64,000 nucleotides of DNA. Origin: Acidobacteriota bacterium. GTDB taxonomy: Bacteria; Acidobacteriota; UBA890; WLXD01. This document shows, piece by piece, positions 1 to 10,211 of this stretch. Every line of letters begins with the position of its first letter. The first letter of the stretch is position 1. Below the pieces are notes generated by a model. That model was not told the origin of the DNA, did no database searches, and saw nothing but the letters and a program-made list of their open reading frames with translations. The DNA lies in the NCBI GenBank assembly GCA_963666215.2, contig CAXWPL010000002.1, positions 544,001-608,000 on the forward strand, given 5' to 3'. The translations under genes and the position numbers were made by a program.

Positions 1-294
1 CTGAGGCTGGGTGTGTACGAGCTCACAGCCGCAAGTGACGTGCCCGCCGCGGTCGCCATCGACGAAGCGATCGAGCTCGCCAAGCGTTTCGTCGGCGAGC
101 GCGCAGGCCAGTTCATCAACGGTGTTCTCGACGGTGTTCGCAAGCGTCTCGACAGCCGTGGCGCCGGTGCGGGTTGGGATCTCGATAGCGCTGCCCCGCA
201 AGAGTCGCCTCCGTCACGACAAGCTGCCACTGGCGGAAGCCCCGAAGCAGAGGAGGCCGAGTTACCGCCACCCACTGCCGCCACCCACGCCTGA
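1..294 (+). CDS. nusB: Transcription antitermination factor NusB, C-terminal part (truncated by window edge)
   Basis: Frame from position 1 reads LRLGVYEL...[16 protein letters not shown]...FINGVLD, the NusB C-terminal signature, followed by a low-complexity tail. Confidence 0.9.
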   Translation: MRLGVYELTAASDVPAAVAIDEAIELAKRFVGERAGQFINGVLDGVRKRLDSRGAGAGWDLDSAAPQESPPSRQAATGGSPEAEEAELPPPTAATHA

Positions 295-333
295 GCATTC
301 GCCAGTCGAACGACCAGAACGAGTTCAATCTCA

Positions 334-2895
334 ATGGCCGAATACAACCACTCCGAAATCGAGAAACGATGGCAGAAGCACTGGCGCGAGACGGCCGCGT
401 TTCGTACGCCGCCGGCCGGTGAAAGTGGCGAGGCGGAACGCTTCTACTGTCTCGAGATGCTGCCGTACCCATCCGGACGCATTCATATCGGACACGTCCG
501 TAACTACTCGATTGGCGACGCGGTAGCGCGGAATCGGCGCATGCGGGGCTACGAGGTGATGCACCCGATCGGCTGGGATGCGCTCGGATTGCCGGCGGAG
601 AACGCGGCCATAGAGCAGCAGACGCATCCGGCCGAATGGACGCGAAAGAACATCGACGCTATGCGAGCGCAGCTTCAGCGCCTCGGCTTCTCCTACGACT
701 GGGATCGTGAGATCGCCAGCTATCAGCCCGAATACTACGGCTGGAACCAGTGGTTCTTCCTGCGCTTTCTGGAGAACGATCTCGCTTATCGCAAGGACGG
801 TCCGGTGAACTGGTGCCCCTCCTGCGCGACGGTGCTGGCCAACGAGCAGGTGGAGGAGGGGCGGTGCTGGCGCTGCGACAGCGAGGTCGAGGAACGGCGG
901 CTGGCGCAATGGTTCTATCGCATCACGCGTTATGCCGAGGAGCTCCTCGACGGACTCGACGGGCTGACGGAGTGGCCTGAGCGTGTGATCGCGATGCAGC
1001 GCAACTGGATTGGCCGCAGTCGCGGCACCGAGATCGCATTTGCGATCGACGGGCCGGAGGAGGCCGCTCCGTCGGACGGCCAGTTGCGTATCTTCACGAC
1101 GAGGGTCGACACAATCTTCGGCGCGACCTTCATGGTGGTCGCGCCAGAGCATCCATTCGTTCGCGAGCTACTCGACGGCGGTGAGCTCGGCGCCGATGCC
1201 AGCATGGATATCGAAGAGCTGCGCGCCGAGGTGGAACGACTGGCGGCTATGCCGCGTCGAGCTCGTCGCGGCGAGGACATCGACAAGCACGGTGTATTCA
1301 CGGGCAGCTACGCCATCAATCCCTTCAATGGTGAACGTCTCCCCATCTGGGTGGCCAACTTTGTGCTGATGGACTACGGGACAGGCGCCATCATGGCGGT
1401 CCCGGCGCACGACGAGCGCGACCACACGTTCGCCACCAAGTACGACCTGCCTGTCCGGCCGGTTATCAGCTTGGCGACGGAAGACCCAGAACCGGATGGT
1501 GGCGACCTTCCGGACCTGCCTTTCTCAGAGGAGGGGCACCTCCTGTCGAACTGTGGTGAGTTCTCGGGTTTGGGCACCGCCGACGCGCGCGCCACGATGA
1601 CGGCGCACGCCAAGACGCTCGGTTTCGGCCACGGTGCCATTGACTACAAGCTCAAGGATTGGGGACTGTCGCGGCAGCGCTACTGGGGGACACCGATCCC
1701 GATCATTCACTGTCCGGCGTGCGGTGTGGTTCCGGTGCCTGACGAGGATCTGCCGGTGGTCCTGCCAGCGGACGCTCCGCTCGACCGCGGCCAGGGCTCG
1801 CCGCTGGAGCGCGTGGAATCGTTCGTCAACGTCGATTGTCCGCGCTGCGGCGTGGCAGCGCGGCGCGAGACCGATACGATGGACACCTTTGTCGATTCCT
1901 CGTGGTACTACCTGCGTTATCTATCGCCCAACGACGCCACGGTGCCGTTCAGCAAGATCGAGGGCGACGCCTGGTCCCCGGTCGATCTCTACATCGGCGG
2001 TGTCGAGCACGCCGTGCTGCACTTGCTCTACTTCCGGTTCTTCTGCAGGGCGCTGCGTGACCTCGGACTCCTTTCCGTCGACGAGCCCACCCGCGGGTTG
2101 CTGACTCAAGGAATGGTGACCAAAGACGGCGCCAAGATGTCCAAGTCGAAGGGCAACACGGTTGACCCGGATGAGATGGTCGAGCGTTACGGTGCCGATA
2201 CCACCCGACTGTTCGTGTTGTTCGCCGCCCCCCCCGTGCGCGATCTCGAATGGGACGAGCGCGGTGTCGAGGGATGTGCGCGTTTCCTCGGACGCGTGTG
2301 GAAGCTGATCGAAGGTGAAGCCTCGAGCTTGCCGCCTGTGGAGGCCGGGTTCGGGGACGCCGGGCCGTCGCTGCCCGAGCCCTTGGCCCAGCTGCACCGC
2401 AAGGTCCACGAGACCGTGCGCCGTGTCACCAGGGACGTCGAGGAACGTCTGCAATTCAACACCGCGATCGCTGCTCTCATGGAGCTCACCAACGCCTGCA
2501 ACACCGCGCGCCAGGCGGTTTCGATCGTGGAGGCGGGCGAGCACAGCTGGGTGTACCGCCTGGCATTCGAGCGCCTGGCGGTGATGCTGTCGGTGTTTGC
2601 GCCGCACATCGCGCAGGAGCTCTGGACGACGCTCGGCCACAGCGAGGATCTGACGCGATACCCGTGGCCGGAATACGACCCGTCGGTGCTGCAAAGTGAT
2701 GAGGCGACGATGATCGTGCAGGTCGACGGCCGGCTCCGCGGTCGCCTGGTGGTGCCCACGGACCTGGCTGACGAGCAGCGGCTGACCGAGATGGCGATGG
2801 CCGATCCAGTCATACGCGCGCATGTCGAGGGTCGTCAGCTGCGCCGCTCGATCGTTGTGCCCGGAAAGATCTTGAACTTGGTCACGAGCCCATGA
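334..2895 (+). CDS. leuS: Leucine--tRNA ligase
   Basis: MLPYPSGRIHIGH (HIGH) and KMSKS motifs; CP1 editing domain with GTGAIMAVPAHDERD; 853 aa. Confidence 0.98.
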   Translation: MAEYNHSEIEKRWQKHWRETAAFRTPPAGESGEAERFYCLEMLPYPSGRIHIGHVRNYSIGDAVARNRRMRGYEVMHPIGWDALGLPAENAAIEQQTHPAEWTRKNIDAMRAQLQRLGFSYDWDREIASYQPEYYGWNQWFFLRFLENDLAYRKDGPVNWCPSCATVLANEQVEEGRCWRCDSEVEERRLAQWFYRITRYAEELLDGLDGLTEWPERVIAMQRNWIGRSRGTEIAFAIDGPEEAAPSDGQLRIFTTRVDTIFGATFMVVAPEHPFVRELLDGGELGADASMDIEELRAEVERLAAMPRRARRGEDIDKHGVFTGSYAINPFNGERLPIWVANFVLMDYGTGAIMAVPAHDERDHTFATKYDLPVRPVISLATEDPEPDGGDLPDLPFSEEGHLLSNCGEFSGLGTADARATMTAHAKTLGFGHGAIDYKLKDWGLSRQRYWGTPIPIIHCPACGVVPVPDEDLPVVLPADAPLDRGQGSPLERVESFVNVDCPRCGVAARRETDTMDTFVDSSWYYLRYLSPNDATVPFSKIEGDAWSPVDLYIGGVEHAVLHLLYFRFFCRALRDLGLLSVDEPTRGLLTQGMVTKDGAKMSKSKGNTVDPDEMVERYGADTTRLFVLFAAPPVRDLEWDERGVEGCARFLGRVWKLIEGEASSLPPVEAGFGDAGPSLPEPLAQLHRKVHETVRRVTRDVEERLQFNTAIAALMELTNACNTARQAVSIVEAGEHSWVYRLAFERLAVMLSVFAPHIAQELWTTLGHSEDLTRYPWPEYDPSVLQSDEATMIVQVDGRLRGRLVVPTDLADEQRLTEMAMADPVIRAHVEGRQLRRSIVVPGKILNLVTSP

Positions 2896-3494
2896 GCGCC
2901 ATCGTCCGGACCCAATCGCGCCGTCGCTCGCCAACCGTCGCGGGCTTGTTGACGCGTGGCCGCGGGAGCGGCGTCAATCTCGGAGTGATGGCCCTGGTGA
3001 CGACACTGGCCCTAGGCACGATGGCATCGTGTGGCTACTCGCTTGTTGGTCGCGGCTCGTTCGTTCCGGAGTACATCCGCGTCGTGGCGATTCCTACGTT
3101 CACCAACAACACGGCGCGCTTCGAGCTCGGCGTACGCGTTACCGACGCCGTGACGCGCGAGTTCGTTTCGCGCGGCAACTTTCGCCTTGTCGGCGATGAG
3201 TCGGGTGCCGACGCCGTGCTGCGGGGCGAGATTCGGGCCTTCAACGTCAATCCGGTCGGGATCGACCGTGCGCAGAACGCTGATAACTGGCAGGTGACGA
3301 TTCAGGCGCGCGTCACCTTCACGGACATGGTTCAGAACCGCGTTCTGTTCACCAACAGCGCCTTCCTGTTTCAGCGCACGTTCGAGTTCCCACGGGTGTC
3401 GGGTGACATCGTGGACATCGAGGCCGGTTCCATCGACGAGATCGCCGAGGAATTTGCACGTTCGGTGGTGTCCAGCATCCTCGAGGGCTTCTGA
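2892..3494 (+). CDS. lptE: LPS assembly lipoprotein LptE (start may be further downstream)
   Basis: Lipobox-like MASCGYSL; IPTFTNNT motif; ends ILEGF; conserved leuS-lptE-holA order. Confidence 0.85.
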   Translation: MSAIVRTQSRRRSPTVAGLLTRGRGSGVNLGVMALVTTLALGTMASCGYSLVGRGSFVPEYIRVVAIPTFTNNTARFELGVRVTDAVTREFVSRGNFRLVGDESGADAVLRGEIRAFNVNPVGIDRAQNADNWQVTIQARVTFTDMVQNRVLFTNSAFLFQRTFEFPRVSGDIVDIEAGSIDEIAEEFARSVVSSILEGF

Positions 3495-3598
3495 TTCTCC
3501 CACCGACGCCGGCGGCGGCACTGTTGTGATCGTTCCCGGTTCTGCGCCGTCCCGTCGAACGGCACGGGCAGGGCCAGAGCGTCTGAAGAACAAGGAGC

Positions 3599-4774
3599 AT
3601 GGTGAGCGCCAAGTCACGGCGGACCAACGGAACGAGAACGGGAACGGGAGCGGGGCGTCGTGCGAGCGCGCGCAAGGCGATCAACGTCGGTGATCTGCGG
3701 CGGGCGGTCGCCGCCGCGAGCGCCGCCCCGGTCTACCTGGTGTGGGGAGCGGAGCAGGCGCTGAGGCGTCGGGCCTACGAAGCGCTGCAGAGCACTTTCC
3801 TGGGCGAGGACAAAGACAATCCTTCTGCTCCGTCCACCCCCGACCTAGTCCGCCTCGACGGCACCGTCTGCTCTCTCGCGGCTGTGCTGGACGAAGCCCG
3901 TTCGTTACCCCTCTTTTCCTTCGCTTCAACCGCAGGCGTCGATCGCGAAGGACCGACACGGCTGATCTGGGTGAACGGGTGCGACAAGTGGGGCGTGCTC
4001 TCGACCGCCGACGAGTCGGCGCTGGAGAGATATCTTCAGGACCCTGTGACGGATACTTGCCTTGTCTTCGAGGCGACCAAGCTCGACAAGCGGCGAACCT
4101 TTTACAAGCTCATGGTGCGCGACGCGGTGCTGGTGGCATGTGATCCGCCGGAACGCGAGGCCGATGTTCGACGCTGGATCGAGGCCACGGTAAGGGCGCG
4201 CGGTTTCGAGATCGATCGCGACGCCGTGGTGCTGCTCCTGGAGCTCGTCGGCCGAAGTATCTCGCAGCTCGAGCAGGAGCTCGAGAAGGTCATGTTGTAC
4301 GTCGGTGAGCCCGGGAACATCCAAGCGCGTGACTTCGAGGGACTGCTCGGTCGCAGCCGCGAGCACTCGGTCTTCGAGCTTACCGACGCTCTGGCAGGCG
4401 GAAGCACGACGAACGCCATCCGTACTCTCAATCGACTGCTCGACGACGGCGAGGAGCCGATCCGTTTGCTGGCAATGGTGGCGTGGGTTTGCCGCCAACT
4501 CGTGCTCGCGGGCGATCTGGCGGGATCCGGCTGTGCACAAAAAGAGGCAATGGAGGGCCTCGGTGGTCGTTGGGAGCAGCGCCGCGTGATTCTCGCCCGG
4601 GCGACGAAGGCCACGAGGGGTGTCGCCGACGGGCGAGATCGTCTACTCAGCCTGCTGCGCGGCTGTGCTCGAGCCGATTTAGCCGTAAAGGGGGCCCGCG
4701 GCCCAGGCAACGATGGTCAGCGCGTTGCGCGCGGACATCTCGAGACTCTCTGCCGCCAGATCTGCGCCGCGTGA
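3599..4774 (+). CDS. holA: DNA polymerase III delta subunit
   Basis: PVYLVWGAE, ARSLPLF, LDKRRTFYK, QELEKVMLY and SVFELTDAL motifs; synteny after lptE. Confidence 0.9.
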   Translation: MVSAKSRRTNGTRTGTGAGRRASARKAINVGDLRRAVAAASAAPVYLVWGAEQALRRRAYEALQSTFLGEDKDNPSAPSTPDLVRLDGTVCSLAAVLDEARSLPLFSFASTAGVDREGPTRLIWVNGCDKWGVLSTADESALERYLQDPVTDTCLVFEATKLDKRRTFYKLMVRDAVLVACDPPEREADVRRWIEATVRARGFEIDRDAVVLLLELVGRSISQLEQELEKVMLYVGEPGNIQARDFEGLLGRSREHSVFELTDALAGGSTTNAIRTLNRLLDDGEEPIRLLAMVAWVCRQLVLAGDLAGSGCAQKEAMEGLGGRWEQRRVILARATKATRGVADGRDRLLSLLRGCARADLAVKGARGPGNDGQRVARGHLETLCRQICAA

Positions 4775-4899
4775 GCGCAGGCGTGCAACGCAGGGGAGGT
4801 CACCAGCGGGCGCGGCGCGTCTATCGAGGGGAGCCCCACGTGACCCAGAGCGTCGGGAGCCGCTCTCTGGATCGCGGCGACTGGGCTGAGTCGGCTGAC

Positions 4900-5166
4900 T
4901 CAGCTGGCCATGGCGGCGATGCGCCGCAACATACGGGATTTCTTCCGGGCCGCGACGTTACGATGGATCACACCGAGACTGGCGGACTGGTCGAGCAGCG
5001 ACTGGGCATCGTTCCAGCTGCTTTGCACAGCGGCTGTGTCGCCGGCGGCGATCGCTTCGTCGAGCTTGCGGAGCGAGCCGCGCAGGCGAGACAGGCGAGA
5101 GCGGTTGCGGGCACGTCGCACGATGTTCTGCCGCTCACGCTTCTTCGCGGATGCAATGTTGGGCAT
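4900..5166 (-). CDS. rpsT: 30S ribosomal protein S20
   Basis: MPNIASAKKRERQ...GVIHRNVAARKKSR; 88 aa. Confidence 0.97.
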   Translation of the reverse strand: MPNIASAKKRERQNIVRRARNRSRLSRLRGSLRKLDEAIAAGDTAAVQSSWNDAQSLLDQSASLGVIHRNVAARKKSRMLRRIAAMAS

Positions 5167-5238
5167 GTTCGTAGAATCCCTAGCGCGTTCGCTTCGATTT
5201 CATTACGGGGCCAGCCCCAAGCAAGGGCGTGACTGTCC

Positions 5239-6903
5239 GTGTCGGATGGCCAAGCTGATAAGAGTAGGCCCGGACCGGTAGCGGGTCAAACACTTGATGG
5301 GGCCGGCTCCGCCGCAATTCTGCGCGCCGCCGGGCTCGTCGGCTCGATGACCTTGATCTCGCGGGCGGCCGGCTTTGTGCGTGACGCCATGCTCGCCGGG
5401 CTTCTGGGCACCGGTACCGCGGGCGACGCCTGGACCGCCGCCTTCCAGCTCCCCAATACACTGCGCCGTCTCGTCGGTGAGGGCAACGTCTCGGCCGCCT
5501 TTCTGCCGGTGTTCGCGGCCGAGTCGCGGGAGCGCCAGGGGCACCATCTTTGGGCCCTCGCAGAACGGCTGCACTCGGCCATAGCGCTGTTTGCTGGGGC
5601 ACTGACCGCGGCTGGGGTCCTCGCCGCGCCACTGATCGTGCCGTGGCTGTACCCCGGATACGCGTCCGTCGCAGGCAAGACGGCGCTCACGGTGAGGCTC
5701 ACCCAACTCGCCTTCCCGTATCTGATCTGCATCGCCTCGGCCGCCGTATTGATGGCTGTGCTCAACGCCCGCGGTCGGTTCGCTGCCGCTGCGTTCACGC
5801 CGGTGCTGTTGAACCTGTCGATGATCGCCGGCGCCGCTGTGGGTTGGCTTGCCGATTTGCGTCAGCCCGTCTACGCGATCGTCGTGGGCGCGGTGGCGGG
5901 AGGCGCGTTGCAGTGGGCCTTTCTCGTGCCCTTCGTCCGCCGCGCCGGAATGCGGGTGCGGCCGCGAGCCGATCTCGATGACCCCGCGCTACGTCGCATC
6001 GTGCGGCTGATGGTGCCGGGGCTGTTCGGTGTGAGCATCGTGCAGATCAACATCCTTGTTGGGCGGCTACTGGCGAGCGAGCTGCAAGAGGGCAGCGTCA
6101 CGTCGCTCTACTACGCGTCGCGGATCAACGAGCTCACCCTCGGCGTGTTCGTCATTTCCGTTGCCACGGTCGTGTTACCAACGATGTCGCAGCACGGTGC
6201 TGCTGGCCGCATGGGGGCACTACGCGACACGTTGGGACTATCTCTGCGACACGTGATGGCCATGACGATCCCGGCGACGGTGGGGATCGTGCTGCTGCGT
6301 ACCGATATCGCGCGCGTTCTGTTTGAGCGCGGCCGGTTCGACGGTACTTCCACCGCGCTGACGGCGGCGGCCCTGTGGGGCTACAGCTTGGGCCTGGTGG
6401 GAATCGCCGTGGTTCGCGTAACCGCTCCCGCCTTCTATGCGCTGCGCGACACGCGAACCCCCGTGGTGGCGGCCGCGCTGGCCATGGTCGTCAACATCGC
6501 CGGTTGTCTCTGGCTTCGCGAGTCGTTGGCGAACGCCGGCATCGCGCTCGCCAACTCACTCGCGACGTTCGTCAACGCCGGCGTGTTGCTCCTTCTGTTG
6601 CGCGGCCGTTTGAACGGCCTGGCCGGGAAAGAAGTTCTCGCCGCGGCAATCCGCATTGGTCTAGCGGCGGGGGCAATGGCGTGGGTGGTCGCGGGAGTTC
6701 GACCGCGCGCAATGCCGGTCGCGGCGCACGGTGGTTGGAGCGATGCCGCCGGTCTCGCCGCGACTGTAGCGCTGGGCCTGCTGACCTATGCCGCGGCGTT
6801 GGCGGTGCTGCGCGCACCCGAGTTGATGGAGCTACGGGGCGGCCTGCGCCGTAAGCTGCCTGATACGCTTGCGGCCACCGGGGACGATGAAGACGACTCG
6901 TGA
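5239..6903 (+). CDS. murJ: Lipid II flippase MurJ/MviN
   Basis: SRAAGFVRD, PNTLRRLVGEG and LYYASRINEL motifs; many TM segments; divergent from rpsT. Confidence 0.95.
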   Translation: MSDGQADKSRPGPVAGQTLDGAGSAAILRAAGLVGSMTLISRAAGFVRDAMLAGLLGTGTAGDAWTAAFQLPNTLRRLVGEGNVSAAFLPVFAAESRERQGHHLWALAERLHSAIALFAGALTAAGVLAAPLIVPWLYPGYASVAGKTALTVRLTQLAFPYLICIASAAVLMAVLNARGRFAAAAFTPVLLNLSMIAGAAVGWLADLRQPVYAIVVGAVAGGALQWAFLVPFVRRAGMRVRPRADLDDPALRRIVRLMVPGLFGVSIVQINILVGRLLASELQEGSVTSLYYASRINELTLGVFVISVATVVLPTMSQHGAAGRMGALRDTLGLSLRHVMAMTIPATVGIVLLRTDIARVLFERGRFDGTSTALTAAALWGYSLGLVGIAVVRVTAPAFYALRDTRTPVVAAALAMVVNIAGCLWLRESLANAGIALANSLATFVNAGVLLLLLRGRLNGLAGKEVLAAAIRIGLAAGAMAWVVAGVRPRAMPVAAHGGWSDAAGLAATVALGLLTYAAALAVLRAPELMELRGGLRRKLPDTLAATGDDEDDS

Positions 6904-7084
6904 CCAACAACGCCCGTGGCGCCGGATGGGCTCCGCGTCTCGGCGGTGAGCTCGGCGTACCAGTAGGGGGCCTTTACGCCCAACGGTTCTCGTCCCTGGA
7001 GCCCCGACACGGAGCGGGGCACCGCCGCCGGTCTCATCAGATGGAACCAGCGCGCATGAGAAAGGACCGAAGAGGACTAGCCCG

Positions 7085-7561
7085 GTGATCGTCGTGCTGC
7101 AGCGAGTGAGCCGCGCCTGCGTGCGCGTTGAGGGTGAGGTCGTGGGAACCATCGGGCCCGGCTTGCTGGCGCTCGTTGGTGCGGTCGAGGGCGATCAGGA
7201 GTCCGATGTCGACTACGTCGCCAAGCGTCTGCTGCACACGCGAATCTTTGCCGACGACGCTGACCGCATGAACCGATCATTGCTCGACGTCGGGGGGCAG
7301 ATCTTGGTGGTGTCGCAGTTCACTCTCGCCGGAGACACACACAAGGGTCGGCGCCCCTCGTTCGTCCGCGCGCTGGCGCCAGATCTCGCGGCGCCGATGA
7401 TCGATGGCTTGATCGAGCGGCTTCGCGAGTCCGGTGTCGTGGCGCAGAGCGGGATTTTCGGCGCCCACATGGAGGTTGAGTTGGTGAACGACGGGCCGGT
7501 GACAATCCTGCTCGATTCGCGGCAAACGCGCCGTGGCGGGTACCGGGAAGCCATCGATTGA
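7085..7561 (+). CDS. dtd: D-aminoacyl-tRNA deacylase
   Basis: VLQRVSRA, SQFTL, GRRPSF and NDGPVT motifs. Confidence 0.97.
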   Translation: MIVVLQRVSRACVRVEGEVVGTIGPGLLALVGAVEGDQESDVDYVAKRLLHTRIFADDADRMNRSLLDVGGQILVVSQFTLAGDTHKGRRPSFVRALAPDLAAPMIDGLIERLRESGVVAQSGIFGAHMEVELVNDGPVTILLDSRQTRRGGYREAID

Positions 7562-8526
7562 TGTCAAGGGCGCCAGGAGCATCGAGAGCGATCAGCCAAG
7601 AGCCCGCCGCTGCGGGCAAGCGTCCGGAGTCCGAGGAGCTTGGTGGCTGGCTCACCGACTACCTCGAGCACCTACGCGTGGAGCGTGGCCTGGCCGCGCG
7701 CTCGGTAGCCGCCTATCGCGCCGACCTCGTTGCCTTCGCAACCTGGTGCCGCTCCGAACGCATCGAGCCGCTCGGTGTGGCGCCTTCCGAGCTGCGTCGA
7801 TACCTCGATGCGGAAGCTCGCATCGGTCTGACGTCACGTTCCCGCGCTCGGGGAATGTCGGCGCTGCGGGGTTTCTATCGTTTTGTCGTGCGATGCGGTC
7901 GCGTTGAAGTGGATCCGACGGAGCTGTTGCAGGTGCGCGAGGGGCGCAGACGGTTGCCGGCGCCGCTCAGCTACGACGAGGTGGACCGGCTCTTGGCCCA
8001 ACCGGACACGACCGATCCTGGTGGTGTACGTGACCGCGCGCTACTCGAGGTCGCCTACGGCAGCGGTCTGCGGGTCTCGGAGCTGGTCGGGCTGAGACTC
8101 GCGGACATTGACCTGGACGACGGCTTCCTGCGTTGCCGCGGCAAGGGCAGCAAGCAGCGTCTCGTGCCATTGAGCGACGAAGCCGTGACCTGGTTGCGCT
8201 GTTATCGGGACGAGCATCGCGCCGCAATCGGACCGTCGGCAACCGAAGACCACACGTTCCTCGGTCGCCGAGGCAAGCCGCTGAGCCGCCAATGGGTCGG
8301 CAAGCTCGTCAAGCGCTACGCCATCGCCGCCGGAATCGCTTCGGAGCGTGTCAGTCCGCACGTGCTGCGGCACAGCTTCGCGACCCACCTCCTGGAGGGG
8401 GACGCCGATCTACGCGCGGTGCAGGCGATGCTCGGACACGCCCGAATCGTGACCACCGAGGTCTACACTCACGTCGACCGCAGCCGTCTGCGGCAGGTCT
8501 ACGACCGGTACCATCCACGTGCCTGA
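7558..8526 (+). CDS. xerD: Site-specific tyrosine recombinase XerD
   Basis: GLRVSEL, GKGSKQRLVP, SPHVLRHSFATHLL, LGHA...TTEVYTHV and a C-terminal HPRA; VERGLA N-terminus. Confidence 0.88.
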   Translation: MMSRAPGASRAISQEPAAAGKRPESEELGGWLTDYLEHLRVERGLAARSVAAYRADLVAFATWCRSERIEPLGVAPSELRRYLDAEARIGLTSRSRARGMSALRGFYRFVVRCGRVEVDPTELLQVREGRRRLPAPLSYDEVDRLLAQPDTTDPGGVRDRALLEVAYGSGLRVSELVGLRLADIDLDDGFLRCRGKGSKQRLVPLSDEAVTWLRCYRDEHRAAIGPSATEDHTFLGRRGKPLSRQWVGKLVKRYAIAAGIASERVSPHVLRHSFATHLLEGDADLRAVQAMLGHARIVTTEVYTHVDRSRLRQVYDRYHPRA

Positions 8527-8541
8527 GTCTTCGAGGGTTGG

Positions 8542-10086
8542 ATGAGTGGCTCGACAAACCAGCGATCTGGGGAGGGGAGACGATCTGGACGGCCTGATCA
8601 GGCCCAGCGGCCGCGCGTCGACGACCTGAGCACTGTCTCGAGCGCCGCCGAGGCGTTTCTCGCGCAGTTGCCACCACCCCTGCGAGAGATCGCGACCGCG
8701 GCCGGTGACATCGCCGCCGAGCGCGGTGAGCGCGCCTACATGGTGGGTGGGGTGGTTCGCGATCTCGCGCTTGGTCGAGCTTCTCACGATCTCGACATCG
8801 TGGTTGTTGGCGACGGCCTGGCGCTGGCACAAGCGCTGTCGCGCTCCCGCGGCGGTACGCTGACTCGCTTCCACACGTTCGGGAGCGCGCGGGTGGAGCT
8901 CCCGGAACTGGTCGATCTGGAGTGGGCCGGTCCGCATTCTGAGCCGCGCGGCCCGCATTGCCCAGAGGGGCTGCGTCGAGGCCTCTCGATCCCTGAGCCG
9001 CATGTCGACATTGCCACTGCCCGCCGAGAGGTGTACGCCCGCCCCGGTCAGCTGCCGCAGGTCGAGGCCGGCAGCCTGGAGGAGGATCTGGAGCGCCGCG
9101 ACTTCACCATCAACGCCATCGCTTTGGAGCTCGCGGGCGCCGGCGCGAGTGAGTCACGGCTCGTGGATCCGCTTGGCGGAATCGACGATCTGCGCCGCGG
9201 GTTGGTGCGGATCATGCACTCGCGCTCGTTCGCCGACGATCCCACGCGCCTCCTGCGGGCGTTGCGCTTTGCGCTGCGCTTCGGATACGAGATCGAGGAG
9301 CAGACGGCAGCGGCCATCGAGGAGGCTGCACATGGCGACTATTTGGCCACACTGAGCGGCCAGCGACTGCGGCGCGAGCTGTTGAAGCTGTTGACCGAGG
9401 CGCCCGTCGATGGGGCCCTGGCCCTGCAAGATCACAAGCTCTTGGGCGCACTCCACCCGAGCCTCACAGCCGATCGTGCTCTGCTCGAGAACCTGGCTGC
9501 GGCTGCAGAAGCAACGGGAATCAACGTGCGCGAGCGTGGGCCGTTGGTGCTGGCCGCTCTGGCCGCCGGTCTCGAACAGCAGGAGCGCTGGCGATTGGCC
9601 CGACACCTGCGGTTCGAGCGCAGGGAGCGACGGGCGTTGGTGGACGGCGGAGCCCGATTGCGGCGCGCTGTCGAGGCCTGGCTCACAGCCAGGAGCAGCA
9701 ACGATGGACCTCTGCTCAACAGCTGCTTGGAGAAGATCTTCGGCCAAGTGAAGGGCGCCACGTTGTTGCTGGCTCCGGCGCTCGTGGGTCGACTACAGCG
9801 GCCGATCGGACCAACCGCGAAGACCGACCCGGCGGCGCAGATGACAAGGCCCACGTCGACGACGACACAGGAGGAAATGCGCATCGACGTGCAGCGCTAC
9901 CTGACCGAGCTGCGAGAGCTGCGTCTGGATATCGGCGGCGACGACCTGCTCGAGATGGGCTGCTCGCCGGGCCCCGCGGTAGGCCGCGTACTGGAGCGGC
10001 TACGGTTCTCCATGCTCGATGGCGAGGCGACTTCCGCCGCGGAGCAGCGCCGACTCGCGCGGCAGCTCATCGACGAGAAGCGATGA
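8542..10086 (+). CDS. Class II tRNA nucleotidyltransferase (probably A-adding type)
   Basis: VGGVVRD, DLDIV, DIATARREVY, EDLERRDFTINA and SFADDPTRLLRALRF motifs. Confidence 0.88.
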   Translation: MSGSTNQRSGEGRRSGRPDQAQRPRVDDLSTVSSAAEAFLAQLPPPLREIATAAGDIAAERGERAYMVGGVVRDLALGRASHDLDIVVVGDGLALAQALSRSRGGTLTRFHTFGSARVELPELVDLEWAGPHSEPRGPHCPEGLRRGLSIPEPHVDIATARREVYARPGQLPQVEAGSLEEDLERRDFTINAIALELAGAGASESRLVDPLGGIDDLRRGLVRIMHSRSFADDPTRLLRALRFALRFGYEIEEQTAAAIEEAAHGDYLATLSGQRLRRELLKLLTEAPVDGALALQDHKLLGALHPSLTADRALLENLAAAAEATGINVRERGPLVLAALAAGLEQQERWRLARHLRFERRERRALVDGGARLRRAVEAWLTARSSNDGPLLNSCLEKIFGQVKGATLLLAPALVGRLQRPIGPTAKTDPAAQMTRPTSTTTQEEMRIDVQRYLTELRELRLDIGGDDLLEMGCSPGPAVGRVLERLRFSMLDGEATSAAEQRRLARQLIDEKR

Positions 10087-10111
10087 CGCCCGACCGCGTT
10101 CGTTGGCCAAA

Positions 10112-10140
10112 TTGACCCCCTCCAGACCCCATGTTAGCGT
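10112..10140 (+). promoter_or_regulatory. Sigma70-type promoter for metK
   Basis: TTGACC (10112-10117), 17-bp spacer, TAGCGT (10135-10140), with extended -10 TG. Confidence 0.6.
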
Positions 10141-10153
10141 CGTTTCGACTTGT

Positions 10154-10211
10154 GCGAGCAGGACCAGTGAAAGCGGTTCCCAGGAGACAACCGGTCCTTG
10201 GAAACGCTCGC
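10154..10211 (+). promoter_or_regulatory. Candidate structured 5' leader RNA of metK (unclassified)
   Basis: Nested pairings GCGAGC/GCTCGC, AGGACC/GGTCCT and GGTT/AACC start right after the predicted TSS. Confidence 0.4.

Noticed and set aside
7558-8526. Tyrosine recombinase as a prophage or island integrase
   Set aside because: It has XerD features and sits in a housekeeping operon, with no att sites or cargo.
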